Part shown: in pieces, positions 50,338 through 60,825 of the stretch
Numbering within the stretch: position 1 is the first letter of the stretch
Layout of the letters: each line of letters opens with the position of its first letter
Source: an uncultured Clostridia bacterium
GTDB taxonomy: Bacteria > Bacillota > Clostridia > TANB77 > CAG-508
Direction: 5' to 3'
Length of the DNA: 64,000 nt
Assembly (NCBI GenBank): GCA_934130085.1
Contig: CAKOXK010000001.1
Coordinates: 7,288 to 71,287, forward strand
Made by a program: the position numbers and the translations under genes
The notes under the pieces: generated by a model
Databases searched by the model: none
The model's input: only the letters and a program-made list of their open reading frames with translations
What the model was told of the DNA's origin: nothing

Positions 50338-51147
50338 TTAAATATTTATATCAAGTTCGATAGGGCAATGGTCACTACCGAGAACTTCTTGATGAATCTT
50401 AGAATCAGTAATTTTATCTTTTAAAGAATTTGATACAATAAAATAATCGATTCTCCATCCAGCATTATTTTCACGAGCGTGGAACATATAAGACCACCAA
50501 GAATATTCATCTTTTTTATCAGGGTACTTGTATCTAAAAGTATCTATAAAACCGGCATTCAAAAGAGCAGTCATTTTATCACGTTCAACATCAGTAAAGC
50601 CTGCATTATTATGATTGGAAGAAGGATTTTTTAAATCAATTTCCTCATGAGCTACATTCAAATCGCCACAATAGATAATTGGTTTGACTTTATTAAGCTC
50701 TTTCAAAAACTCTCTAATCTCGTCCTCCCATAAAGCTCTGTATTCAAGCCTCTCAAGCTCACGCTTAGAATTAGGAGTATAACAATTTACCAAAAAAAAC
50801 TTATCATACTCACAAACGATAATTCTTCCTTCATCATTCTCTTCTAATAACAAAGAATCCTTTCCAAGGGACTTTTTTATATTATTGACAATATTTAAAG
50901 GAACTTTCATAAAAACATTTATAGGTTTAATTTTTGAAAATGTAGCAGTTCCAGAATATCCTTTCTTTTTAGCAGAATTAAAATAAACATTTTCAGAAAG
51001 AGCCGTTATACTAGAGTCAACTTGGCTTTCTTGCATTTTAGTCTCTTGAACAGAAAATATATCAGCATCAATTGATTTAAAAAAATCAATAAATCCTTTA
51101 TTAACACAGGCTCTTAAACCATTTACATTCCAAGAAATAAGTTTCAT
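50338..51147 (-). CDS. xth: Exodeoxyribonuclease III (AP endonuclease, EEP fold)
   Basis: 269 aa. N-terminus MKLISWNVNGLRA, SVQETK, GDLNVAHEEID and C-terminal SDHCP motifs of ExoIII/ExoA. Confidence 0.85.
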   Translation of the reverse strand: MKLISWNVNGLRACVNKGFIDFFKSIDADIFSVQETKMQESQVDSSITALSENVYFNSAKKKGYSGTATFSKIKPINVFMKVPLNIVNNIKKSLGKDSLLLEENDEGRIIVCEYDKFFLVNCYTPNSKRELERLEYRALWEDEIREFLKELNKVKPIIYCGDLNVAHEEIDLKNPSSNHNNAGFTDVERDKMTALLNAGFIDTFRYKYPDKKDEYSWWSYMFHARENNAGWRIDYFIVSNSLKDKITDSKIHQEVLGSDHCPIELDINI

Positions 51148-51192
51148 ATAATAACCTCAAAATAAAATTTAATAAGCAATGGCAAATGCCAT

Positions 51193-51561
51193 TTAGCTAT
51201 ATCTCATATAATAACATAATTTTCCTGAAAATTCAACAAAACTATACTTTTCACGTTTATCAGAAATCAATAATGCTTTTAATGCTGAAGGAATTTCATC
51301 AGAATAATTCGAAATTATGAACATAATTTTCTTTCCATCGTATAATGAATAAAAATTATATAAATCTATTGTTTGAAGATATTTGATAATTTTTACCGAG
51401 TAATCAAAATCAAAATTAAAGTCAATTTTTAGTGCTCCATAAGACAATTTAGAATTATTTTTGGGCTGCCAATTTAAACTGAAATTTGTGTAGTTAATTT
51501 CAGAGTTATTGCCAATTTCATTTTCATCAATAGCATAAAAATTATTAATTAAACTAAACAT
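51193..51561 (-). CDS. Hypothetical protein (122 aa)
   Basis: ORF only. No recognized family. Confidence 0.35.
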   Translation of the reverse strand: MFSLINNFYAIDENEIGNNSEINYTNFSLNWQPKNNSKLSYGALKIDFNFDFDYSVKIIKYLQTIDLYNFYSLYDGKKIMFIISNYSDEIPSALKALLISDKREKYSFVEFSGKLCYYMRYS

Positions 51562-51715
51562 ATAAAAAACTCATTATAATGATGAATTATAATGAACTTA
51601 TATATATAAGTCAATGAAAAAATATATGAAATTTGGTTATTTAAGAAAGTCTAAAATTTTTAAATCTTTTGTTGGATCAAGATTAAAAAATCATACATAA
51701 TTTATAGATCACGTA

Positions 51716-51755
51716 TAAGTTTTGCACAGTTTGGGCAATATATGTGCAAAACTTA
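51716..51755. promoter_or_regulatory. 13-bp perfect inverted repeat (taagttttgcaca-N14-tgtgcaaaactta) immediately upstream of the cgs-like gene: candidate operator
   Basis: Read directly. Overlaps the GTG that opens track ORF 51744. Real start more likely ATG 51777 with RBS AAGGCAGGA. Confidence 0.4.
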
Positions 51756-51776
51756 TTTGAAAAAAGGCAGGATTTT

Positions 51777-54700
51777 ATGTTGAAGATATTAAAAACAAAA
51801 GATTCGGTTGAAAACAAAGAGGATATAAAAAAGAATTTAGAAAAATTGGCAGCAAACAATATTATCTCAAACAGAGGTAATTTGTTAACATATCCAATAA
51901 AAAGAGTAAAAGAAAATACTAAATATATATTTTTAGTATATACGTTATTAAATGAGCACATAAAGATTGGCATTCCAATACATCCTGCAGGAGAGTGGCT
52001 ACTTGATAATTATTATATAATTGAAAAGGCATCAAAAAATGTTCAAAAAGACCTTACAAGGAAAAAGTACAAGAACCTGCCTTCACTTCTAGACAATAGC
52101 TATGATAAAAAATACATGTCTAGAATTTACTATATGGCAAATGAAATCGTCTCAAACACAGACGGCAAAATTGAAAAAGATGATTTAATTGATTTTATTA
52201 ATGCATACCAAACTCAGAAAGATTTAACTATGGAAGAGATATGGAATATAGGTCTTTTTTTGCAAATTTGTTTAATTGAAAAAATAAGGGAAATTGCAGA
52301 GAAAATATTCATTTCTCAAACTCAAAAATTCAAGGCTCAGAATATTATTTCAAGATTTGTTGATACAAGAGAAAATCGTTTTACGTCTTTTGGGAATAAA
52401 AGAACAAGCTATAAAAATGGAAACATAAGACTTATAGGTACTAACACATCATACCCTTTTATCGAGTATATGTCATTTAAGTTGAAAAAGATTGGCGAAA
52501 AGGCACAAAATTTTCAAAGAATCTTTGAAACAGAGGTTGAAAAGACAGGAAACTCAGTTTCCGATATTATAAAAAGAGAGCACTTTGATATTGCACTGAA
52601 AACACTATCTATGAAAAATGCTATTACAAGCATTAAAAAAATTTCGAGAATGAATGTAATTGAGATTTTTGAGAGTACAAATGCAGTTGAGAAGATATTG
52701 AACAATGATCCAGCAAATGTGTATCCTAAAATGGATTTTGAAACAAAAGCATATTATAGAAGTGAGATTGTAAAAATTGCTAAAAAAACTAGAATATCAG
52801 AGATATTCATTGCAAAACAAATTATAAATTTATGTAATGAAAACAGCAGGAAAAACAAAAAAGAAGATACGGCTTCATCTTATTATGCTAAAATAAAAAA
52901 TTGCACCCTAGAAAATAAAGCTATAAGCTTAAAGAAATGTGAAGATAAAAATAAAATAGAGAATGCCGTGATAGATAAAATAGAACATGTAGGTTATTAT
53001 TTAATAGATGATGGAAAAGAGATGCTATTAAAGAGGCTACTAGGAAGAAAAACATTCTACTTATCTAAGGAGAAGAAAGCAAAAGTCTATATCTTCGCAG
53101 TCTATTTATTAGCTAATATTTCAATTATACTGCTTTTCCCGAAATTTAAAATACTAGCTCTAGTATTATCAGTTCCAATTCAAAATGTAGTAACAAAATT
53201 AATTCAATATATTTTATCAAAAAATGTAAGACCAAAATTAATTCCAAAAATGCAAATAGAAAGTGACCTGCCTGATGAAGCAAAAACTATATGTGTTTGT
53301 CCAACAATTTTAAAAAATGAAGATAATGTAAAGGAAATGTTTGATAAACTTGAGGTGTATTACCTTGCAAATAAAAGCAAAAACTTATATTTTGCACTTC
53401 TAGGAGATTGTACATCAGAAAAAATAGAAACCACAAAAGAAGATAACAAGATAGTAGAAGCGGGAAAGAAAATATCATCGAAATTAAATGAAAAATATGG
53501 AGAAGTCTTTTTCTTTTTTTATAGAAAACGTGAATGGAACTCAAAAGAAGAATGCTTCATGGGATGGGAAAGAAAAAGAGGAATGCTTTCAAATTTAAAT
53601 GATTTTTTGGTAACCGGAAAATCCGTATTTATGGTGAATACTGCTCTAACAAATAAAAATACAAACTTTTTCAAAAACAACAAGGTAAAATATGTAATCA
53701 CAATAGATGAAGATACAAACTTAATACTTGGTTCTGTAAAAAAACTTGTTGGAGCAATGGAACACATATTAAACAAACCAGAGGTGGATGTCATACAAAA
53801 CAAGGTAATAAGCGGTCACGGAATAATCCAACCGAGAATTGCAATAGATATTGAGAGCGCAAATAAAACAAAGTTTAGTAGAATCTTTACTAACAATATG
53901 TCAGGACTTGATATTTACACAAATGCGATTTCAGATACGTATCAAGATAATTTTGATGAAGGGATTTATACAGGTAAAGGAATTTATGATTTAAAAACAT
54001 TTTATAAATTATTAAATAATCAGATAAAAGAAAATACAGTTCTAAGTCATGACTTGTTAGAGGGGAATATTTTAAGATGTGGCCTTGCAACAGATATAGT
54101 TTTGCTTGATTCATACCCATCAAATTATAATTCATACAAAATACGTAAACATAGATGGATAAGGGGAGATGTTCAACTAATACCATATTTAAAAGAACAC
54201 ATGAATTTACTTTCAAAATATAAAATAGTAGATAATTTAAATAGAAATTTGAATGAAGCATGTATTACTATTTGCTTTATATTTGCGGTTATTGCAAAAA
54301 AATATTTACTTCTCCCACTCACTATTCTAGGAATAATACCGATTATTAATATAATAAATTCTCTCTTAGAAGCAGAATCAATGGACAGTATTAATAAGAC
54401 AGTAAAATCAAGTTTGAGAGAATACTTCATGGCTGTCATAACATTGATAGATATGGCGTATCTTGAAATCAATGCTTATGCAAAAGCACTTTACAGAACT
54501 TTTATTTCAAACAAGCACATGTTAGAGTGGACAACATCAGGAGAAGCCGAGCAAAAAAATAGAAAAACACTTTCAAAGCATATAAAAGGGGCGATAGTAC
54601 AAACAATTATATCAATAATTATATTGCTATATGGTTTGGCAAATATAAATCAATATAACAAATTAAACCTTGTAGTATTGCTAATTCTATGCGTATTATG

Positions 54701-57338
54701 GTTGGAAATGCCATTTATAATGTTCAAAATTGGGCAAGATGACAAAGAAAAAATAAAAATAAAAAATAAAGATAGAGATTATTTAATAAAAATAGCGATG
54801 CTTACATGGCAATTTTTCAAAGACAACTTAATAAATGAACTTCCAATAGATAATTATCAAGAAGATAGAAAAGAAAAGCAAGCCTTAAGAACATCTCCAA
54901 CCAATATTGGACTTTATTTAATGGCAATAATAACAAGTTATGATTTAGGTTTTGAAACACTGCAAAGCATTCTAGAGAGAATCGAAAAAACAATATCAAC
55001 AATAGAAAATCTTCCAAAATGGAATGGTCATTTATACAATTGGTACAACCTAGAGAAACTTATGCCAATATATCCGTATGATATTTCATCAGTTGATAGT
55101 GGAAACTTTATAGGTTACATGATAACAACGAAAGAATTCTTAAAAACACTAAATCAAAATGCAGTAAAAGAAAAATTAGACGTAAGATCTAGAAGCGAAA
55201 GCTTAAACAAAAGAGTAGAAGAACTTATTGAAAAGATTGAAAAAATAATAAATGAAACAGATTTTAGTAAATTATATAATAAAGAAAATGGTTTACTTTC
55301 AATAGGCTACAATGTTGAACAAAATAAATTATATGATTCTTATTATGATTTATTAGCTTCAGAAGCAAGGCAAGCAAGCTTAATTGCAATCGCTAAAAAA
55401 GATATAGAAGAAAAACACTTTCAAAACTTAGGACGAACATTAACAAGAATTGAAAACAAAAAATGCTTAGTTTCATGGGGAGGAACAGCCTTTGAATATT
55501 TGATGCCCAATATAAATATAAAAACATATACAGGAACAATATTAGATGAAGCGCAAAAAATGGCTGTAAAAAGCCAAATCATGTATGGCGCAAAACTCAG
55601 CATTCCATGGGGAATATCTGAAGCAGCATTTAGCCTAAAAGATTTTCATGGAAATTATCAATACAAAACCTTTGGAATTCCATGGCTGGGTTTAAAAAGA
55701 AATTTAGGAGAAGATGCTGTAGTAAGCCCATACTCAACAGCGCTTGCACTAACAATTGATAGTGAAAAAGCAATAGAAAACTTGAAAAGGCTTGAAAAAG
55801 AAGGCGCAATAGGAAAATATGGATTTTATGATTCAATAGACTACAAGCCAAAAAAAGAAGTAATAAAAACATTTATGGCACATCATCAGGGAATGATATT
55901 AACATCAATAGATAATGTTTTAAATGATAATATATTCCAAAAAAGATTTTCAAACGATAAAAAGATACAAGGAGTTATGATCTTATTACAAGAAAAAATG
56001 CCAAATGATGCAGTAATAAAAGAGAAAAAAGATAAAGCAAGAAAATTAAAATATGAAGGATATGAAGAGCAAATTATAAGAACAAAAGGACTTAATGTTA
56101 TATCAACCAATAAACTAACAAACCTTACAAAAGAGAATAAAGAAGGTTTTACAAAACTCGGAAATATCATAATAAATAATGGGGTAAACTTATTTATAAA
56201 AAACACAAAAACCAATGAAATAATTGACTTTAACGAAGTATCAAACGAGAATTCGAAGATAGAATTTTTACCATACAAAACAAAACTAACAGAGGAAGAT
56301 GGAAAGATAAAAATTGAGCAGGAAATAACAATTGCTCCACTTTCACAAGTAGAAGTTAGAAAAATAACATTAAGAAACAAAAGCTTAGAAAAGGAAAATT
56401 TAGAGATTACAACTTATGAAGAGCCAAGACTATCAAGCAAAGAACAATTCGAAGCCCATCCTGCATTTGATAAAATGTTTTTGAAATTTGAAGAGATAGA
56501 AAATGCGCTTAAGGTAACAAGAAGAAAAAGAACAGAAGATGAAAGAATTGCTATAGAATATGTAGGAATGTTATCAGAAGATAACAAAAAAATGGAATAC
56601 GAAATTGATAAAGAAAACTTTAAATCAAGAAATAAAAATGAAATACCAGAAGCAATAAAAAATTCAAAACAATTATCAAGTAAAGTCTACGAAACAATTA
56701 ATCCAATAATAGCACTGAGAAGAAGTATAGAACTAAATGTAGGAGAAAAGAAAGAAATTTACTTAGTCAGAAGCGTAGGTGAAAATGAAGAAAAAGTGAA
56801 AGAAAATTTTAAAGAATACTCAATAAAAGAAAACTTAGAAAGAGTATTTGAATTGTCAAAAGCGCAAACAAGAGCAGAAACAAGGTATATGAACCTAACC
56901 GAAAAAGAGGTTGCAAAATATCAAAAAGAGCTAGAAAAAATCTACAACAAAAAAAGTAATACAAATGAAGAAAGATTAAATAAAGAGAAAATGTATGATT
57001 TATCAAATGAAAATTTATGGAAATTTGGAATATCAGGTGACTACCCTATAATCTTAGTAAAATTGAAAGATTACAATGACTATTACTTGATAGACGAAGC
57101 ATTTAAAATGTTTGAATACTACAAAAGCAAAAATATAAGCACAGAAATGTGCATCATGACAGATATAGGACTAAATAAAGAGCAAATGAGTATTGATATG
57201 CAAAGATATATGGGAGTAAGAGAGGGAATATTTATAGTCGAAAAAGCAAGTAAAGATGATAAGAAGGTTCTGGAGCTAAAAGCTACAATTATAATGTCAA
57301 CGTTAACGTTAATTGAGCACCATTCGAACTTTGCCTGA
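51777..57338 (+). CDS. Cyclic beta-1,2-glucan synthase-like protein, N-terminal part: polytopic membrane GT84 glycosyltransferase + central glucanase/cyclization-like domain; C-terminal 8 codons supplied by a repeat element
   Basis: Track ORF 51744..57338 (1864 aa). FMGWERKRG motif and ITIDEDTN (DxD) of GT84 Cgs/NdvB/ChvB. TM clusters. Middle region with WGGTAFEYLMP...AHHQGM. Ends ...IEHHSNFA*, encoded by repeat copy D. Confidence 0.7.
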   Translation: MLKILKTKDSVENKEDIKKNLEKLAANNIISNRGNLLTYPIKRVKENTKYIFLVYTLLNEHIKIGIPIHPAGEWLLDNYYIIEKASKNVQKDLTRKKYKNLPSLLDNSYDKKYMSRIYYMANEIVSNTDGKIEKDDLIDFINAYQTQKDLTMEEIWNIGLFLQICLIEKIREIAEKIFISQTQKFKAQNIISRFVDTRENRFTSFGNKRTSYKNGNIRLIGTNTSYPFIEYMSFKLKKIGEKAQNFQRIFETEVEKTGNSVSDIIKREHFDIALKTLSMKNAITSIKKISRMNVIEIFESTNAVEKILNNDPANVYPKMDFETKAYYRSEIVKIAKKTRISEIFIAKQIINLCNENSRKNKKEDTASSYYAKIKNCTLENKAISLKKCEDKNKIENAVIDKIEHVGYYLIDDGKEMLLKRLLGRKTFYLSKEKKAKVYIFAVYLLANISIILLFPKFKILALVLSVPIQNVVTKLIQYILSKNVRPKLIPKMQIESDLPDEAKTICVCPTILKNEDNVKEMFDKLEVYYLANKSKNLYFALLGDCTSEKIETTKEDNKIVEAGKKISSKLNEKYGEVFFFFYRKREWNSKEECFMGWERKRGMLSNLNDFLVTGKSVFMVNTALTNKNTNFFKNNKVKYVITIDEDTNLILGSVKKLVGAMEHILNKPEVDVIQNKVISGHGIIQPRIAIDIESANKTKFSRIFTNNMSGLDIYTNAISDTYQDNFDEGIYTGKGIYDLKTFYKLLNNQIKENTVLSHDLLEGNILRCGLATDIVLLDSYPSNYNSYKIRKHRWIRGDVQLIPYLKEHMNLLSKYKIVDNLNRNLNEACITICFIFAVIAKKYLLLPLTILGIIPIINIINSLLEAESMDSINKTVKSSLREYFMAVITLIDMAYLEINAYAKALYRTFISNKHMLEWTTSGEAEQKNRKTLSKHIKGAIVQTIISIIILLYGLANINQYNKLNLVVLLILCVLWLEMPFIMFKIGQDDKEKIKIKNKDRDYLIKIAMLTWQFFKDNLINELPIDNYQEDRKEKQALRTSPTNIGLYLMAIITSYDLGFETLQSILERIEKTISTIENLPKWNGHLYNWYNLEKLMPIYPYDISSVDSGNFIGYMITTKEFLKTLNQNAVKEKLDVRSRSESLNKRVEELIEKIEKIINETDFSKLYNKENGLLSIGYNVEQNKLYDSYYDLLASEARQASLIAIAKKDIEEKHFQNLGRTLTRIENKKCLVSWGGTAFEYLMPNINIKTYTGTILDEAQKMAVKSQIMYGAKLSIPWGISEAAFSLKDFHGNYQYKTFGIPWLGLKRNLGEDAVVSPYSTALALTIDSEKAIENLKRLEKEGAIGKYGFYDSIDYKPKKEVIKTFMAHHQGMILTSIDNVLNDNIFQKRFSNDKKIQGVMILLQEKMPNDAVIKEKKDKARKLKYEGYEEQIIRTKGLNVISTNKLTNLTKENKEGFTKLGNIIINNGVNLFIKNTKTNEIIDFNEVSNENSKIEFLPYKTKLTEEDGKIKIEQEITIAPLSQVEVRKITLRNKSLEKENLEITTYEEPRLSSKEQFEAHPAFDKMFLKFEEIENALKVTRRKRTEDERIAIEYVGMLSEDNKKMEYEIDKENFKSRNKNEIPEAIKNSKQLSSKVYETINPIIALRRSIELNVGEKKEIYLVRSVGENEEKVKENFKEYSIKENLERVFELSKAQTRAETRYMNLTEKEVAKYQKELEKIYNKKSNTNEERLNKEKMYDLSNENLWKFGISGDYPIILVKLKDYNDYYLIDEAFKMFEYYKSKNISTEMCIMTDIGLNKEQMSIDMQRYMGVREGIFIVEKASKDDKKVLELKATIIMSTLTLIEHHSNFA

Positions 57339-57369
57339 TCGCTGCGTAGCATCTTAAACAATATAATAT
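57315..57369. repeat. Structured repeat element, copy D (3' portion), sitting exactly at the junction between the two cgs-like ORFs
   Basis: gcaccattcgaactttgcctgatcgctgcgtagcatcttaaacaatataatattt aligns with the 3' half of copies A and B, including the aaacaatata terminal repeat. Confidence 0.6.
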
Positions 57370-57402
57370 TTAAATTATTATTTATAAATTTGGAGGATTG
57401 GT

Positions 57403-59814
57403 TTGTTTAGTTTTAGTGATGATTTTGATGAGTGTTATATAACAGAAAATAAGTTTAAGAGAACTCCTGTAGCCTGGTCTAATATTATGACAGGTAAACG
57501 TTTTGGTTCTATTGTGACTGAGGGGATGGGTGGCTTTACCTGGTTTAATAATAGTAAGACTAACAGGATTACATCATTCTCAAATGATTGTTATGAAGAT
57601 AGTTCGTCTGAGTATTTTTTGATAAATGATGGTGGTGCTTCATATTCTCTTGATGTTAATAATTTGCCTGATGATTATGAATATAAGGTTACATTTGGTT
57701 TTGGCTATTCTATTTTTGAGCATGAGAATGAGAGGCTTAAGTCTAAGCTTACTATGTTTGTTCCACTTGAGAAAGTCAATGATGATTTTTCAGATTGCAA
57801 AGAAGATTTGGCTAAGGTTAGTTCATTTGTTCTAGAAAATAAGACAGATAGCGAGCTTAAAGTTAATGTTAAGTATGTTGTTTCTTTTCTGATGGGTGAA
57901 AGTGAGAAATGTTCTTTTATTCAAGAATCTTTTAAAGAGAATTTGAGAATGTTTGTTGAGCGTAATTTGGGTAACAGAAGAAATTACATTGTTTATATTG
58001 CTTCTAATGAGTGTATGAATGCTAATAAAGAGATGGAACTTTTTCTAAAGCCAAAGGAGAAGAAGCTTGTTAATATTATTTTAGGGGTTGCTTATGATGA
58101 TGATGATGCTCTTAAAAGGTCTACTGATATTTTGCATAATTATGCAGATAAATTTGATAAGACTAAAAAATATTGGTCTGACTTGGTGAGTAGATGTACA
58201 TGCAAGACTTGTGATAGCTCTTTTGATTGTATGCAAAATGGTTGGCTTGCGTATCAGGCTATTGCGTCTAGATTGTATGCTAGGACAGGTTTTTACCAAA
58301 CAAGTGGTGCGTATGGTTTTCGTGATCAGATGCAAGATGCAATTGGAATGAAGTGGGTTGATGAAAATATATTGAAAAGGCAAATTATATTGAATGCTAA
58401 TCATCAGTTTTTAGAAGGGGATGTGATGCATTGGTGGCATGAGGATGAAAAGCTTGGTATTAGAACCAGGTATTCTGATGATTTGCTGTTTCTACCGTAT
58501 GGTGTAATTGAGTATATAAATTTTACCGGAGATTATTCAATATTATATGAAAGAGCAAAGTATATTGAAGAAGACGAGCTTAAGGAAAATGAAAAGGATA
58601 GAGTTATAAGGTACAAAGAGGCAAATGAGGACGGTACAATTTTAGAGCATCTGATAAAAGCAATTGAACGTTCTTTAAGGTTTGGAAAAGACAACTTGCC
58701 ACTAATTCAATCAGGGGATTGGAATGACGGATTAAATAAAATCGGTGAAGATGAAAAAGGAGAAAGTGTATGGCTTGGGTTCTTCCTATATGATATATTA
58801 AATAAATTCTCTGAAATTTTAACAGAGCTTTTAAATAAAGAAGATAATATACTTAACAATGAAGTCTTGAATCAAAAAAGCAATATATCAAACGCAGTAA
58901 CATTGAGTGAAGAAAGTGATACTTTTAATAAGGAAACTTTAAACGAAGAACATACCTTATGTAACATTGATATACTAGAAATAATAGAAAAATATAAAGA
59001 AATAATGCAGAGCTTAAAACATGCTTTAAATACTGTGGGATGGGATGGAAGATGGTTTAAACGTGCTATTGATGATCAAGGAAAAGATGTAGGCTCAAAC
59101 TTATCAGAAGAATGCAAAATAGATAATGAAGTACAAGCGTGGGCAGTCATGTCAGGAGCAGCAGATAATGATAAAAAATTTATTGCAATGCAAAGCTTAC
59201 AAGAACAACTTGTAGATGAAAAACATAACCTAGTGAAATTATTAACTCCACCTCTTGAAAAGCTAAATTTAGGGTATATATCATCTTATCCAAAAGGAGT
59301 AAGAGAAAATGGAGGACAGTACACCCACGCACTAATTTGGGATGTAATAGCAAATTGCATATTGAACCAAAATGACAGAGCTTATGAACTTCTAAAAAAA
59401 GCAAATCCAGTAGAACATACAAAAAGTAAAGAAGCACAAGAAACCTACAAAGTAGAACCGTATGTAGTCGCAGCAGATATATATTCAAACGAAAATCTTG
59501 CAGGTCATGGAGGTTGGACATGGTACACAGGTTCAGCAGCATGGATGTATGAAGCACAAATAAAATATATATTGGGCTTAAACATATACCACAAAAAAAT
59601 AACAATAAAACCACACATACCAAGCACGTGGAATGGATACAAAATAATATTCAAATACAAAAATGCAATCTACAACTTCAACATAAAAAGAAGTCAAGAA
59701 GAAAATGATGAAAATGAAACAATAGTCAAAGACACAAAAGAAATTGAAGACAATGGACAGAAAGAAATTGAATTAAAAGAAAGAGGAGTATATAACATAA
59801 AAATAAAAATATAA
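57403..59814 (+). CDS. Cyclic beta-1,2-glucan synthase-like protein, C-terminal part: GH94 glycoside phosphorylase module (cellobiose/beta-1,2-oligoglucan phosphorylase-like)
   Basis: 803 aa. N-terminus PVAWSNIMTGKRFGSIVTEGMGGFTWFNNSKTNRITSFSNDCYED matches the GH94 N-terminal domain. GDWNDG catalytic-region motif. WTWYTGSAAWMY. TTG start after GGAGGA RBS. Frame differs from the upstream ORF. Confidence 0.7.
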   Translation: MFSFSDDFDECYITENKFKRTPVAWSNIMTGKRFGSIVTEGMGGFTWFNNSKTNRITSFSNDCYEDSSSEYFLINDGGASYSLDVNNLPDDYEYKVTFGFGYSIFEHENERLKSKLTMFVPLEKVNDDFSDCKEDLAKVSSFVLENKTDSELKVNVKYVVSFLMGESEKCSFIQESFKENLRMFVERNLGNRRNYIVYIASNECMNANKEMELFLKPKEKKLVNIILGVAYDDDDALKRSTDILHNYADKFDKTKKYWSDLVSRCTCKTCDSSFDCMQNGWLAYQAIASRLYARTGFYQTSGAYGFRDQMQDAIGMKWVDENILKRQIILNANHQFLEGDVMHWWHEDEKLGIRTRYSDDLLFLPYGVIEYINFTGDYSILYERAKYIEEDELKENEKDRVIRYKEANEDGTILEHLIKAIERSLRFGKDNLPLIQSGDWNDGLNKIGEDEKGESVWLGFFLYDILNKFSEILTELLNKEDNILNNEVLNQKSNISNAVTLSEESDTFNKETLNEEHTLCNIDILEIIEKYKEIMQSLKHALNTVGWDGRWFKRAIDDQGKDVGSNLSEECKIDNEVQAWAVMSGAADNDKKFIAMQSLQEQLVDEKHNLVKLLTPPLEKLNLGYISSYPKGVRENGGQYTHALIWDVIANCILNQNDRAYELLKKANPVEHTKSKEAQETYKVEPYVVAADIYSNENLAGHGGWTWYTGSAAWMYEAQIKYILGLNIYHKKITIKPHIPSTWNGYKIIFKYKNAIYNFNIKRSQEENDENETIVKDTKEIEDNGQKEIELKERGVYNIKIKI

Positions 59815-60119
59815 AAATTGTAAACTGTGAAGAATGTTAAATATTCAAGATTAAGAGATTCTTACTACTATAAAAGTAAAAAAGGAATCTCTAATTTTAT
59901 GCTAAAGATTTCATTAAAATTGAATTAAATATAAAATAGTAAAATCTATTGTCAACTAAAAAAACTATGGTCAATTGAAAAAAGTAAATTCTATTTTACA
60001 AATTTTGTATAGATTGTAGAAAAAAACGGAATTCTGTGGTATAGTGTGATTATTTAATAAGAGAAGCAAATAATTGACACGGCTTGGAACATTTTATAAT
60101 TGGCTAAACGAGGATTGAT

Positions 60120-60717
60120 ATGGAAAACGAAACGTTTTATGAAAAATTGAAAAAATTTAGTAGCCCTTCAAATTTAATAAAAGGCTTCTTTAACCAGGAA
60201 CTAGATAAAAAACTAAATGGGAAAAAAGCAATTGACCTTGGAGCCGGAGTACGGAAATGATGCACAATTTTTATATGATAAAGGATTTGAGGTGACTTGT
60301 CTAGATAAAAGTAAAGAGGCCAAGAAATATATAGAAGAAGCAAACAAAAATATAAAAGTAACAACTGAAAGTTTTGAAGATTTCATACTAGAAAAAAATG
60401 AAGAAAAATATGATTTAATATATTCAAACTTTGGCATCATTTTTTGCAACAAAGATCATATTGATGAATTAATTTATAAAATAAAAAACAGTTTAAACAC
60501 AAATGGATTCTTTGTTGGAAATTTTCTTGGAATAACTGATGATTGGAATGATGAAAGGCATAAAGAAATTAAATTCTTTAATCAAGATGAAATAATAAAT
60601 TATTTTAAAGAATTTAAAGTTTTCTATATTTCAGACAAAAGATATATAAAAGATTCATCAAAAGAAAAAGACAAACATTGGCATGTTATAGAAATATATG
60701 CGCAAAAGATAAGATAA
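60120..60717 (+). pseudogene. Frameshifted class I SAM-dependent methyltransferase, TehB-like (+1 shift within motif I near 60249-60252)
   Basis: Frame A gives MENETFYEKLKKFSSPSNLIKGFFNQELDKKLNGKKAIDLGAGVRK* (stop 60258-60260). The +1 frame continues YGNDAQFLYDKGFEVTCLDKSKEA... as track ORF 60217..60717. Joined product IDLGAGxGNDAQ...GFEVTCLD matches TehB motif I ([24 protein letters not shown]). Confidence 0.55.
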
Positions 60718-60825
60718 TTTGACATGAAAGACATCAAAAGGCTGATATTTTGCAAACACGCAAAAATCATTTCTTAAAACTATTGTAAAATTTGTAAATT
60801 ATTGATATTATAAGCATATATTTAA

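Noticed and set aside
51744-51776. GTG start at 51744 for the cgs-like gene
   Set aside because: The GTG lies within the palindromic operator-like sequence and has no RBS. The ATG at 51777 has an AAGGCAGGA RBS at proper spacing, so the N-terminus was shortened.
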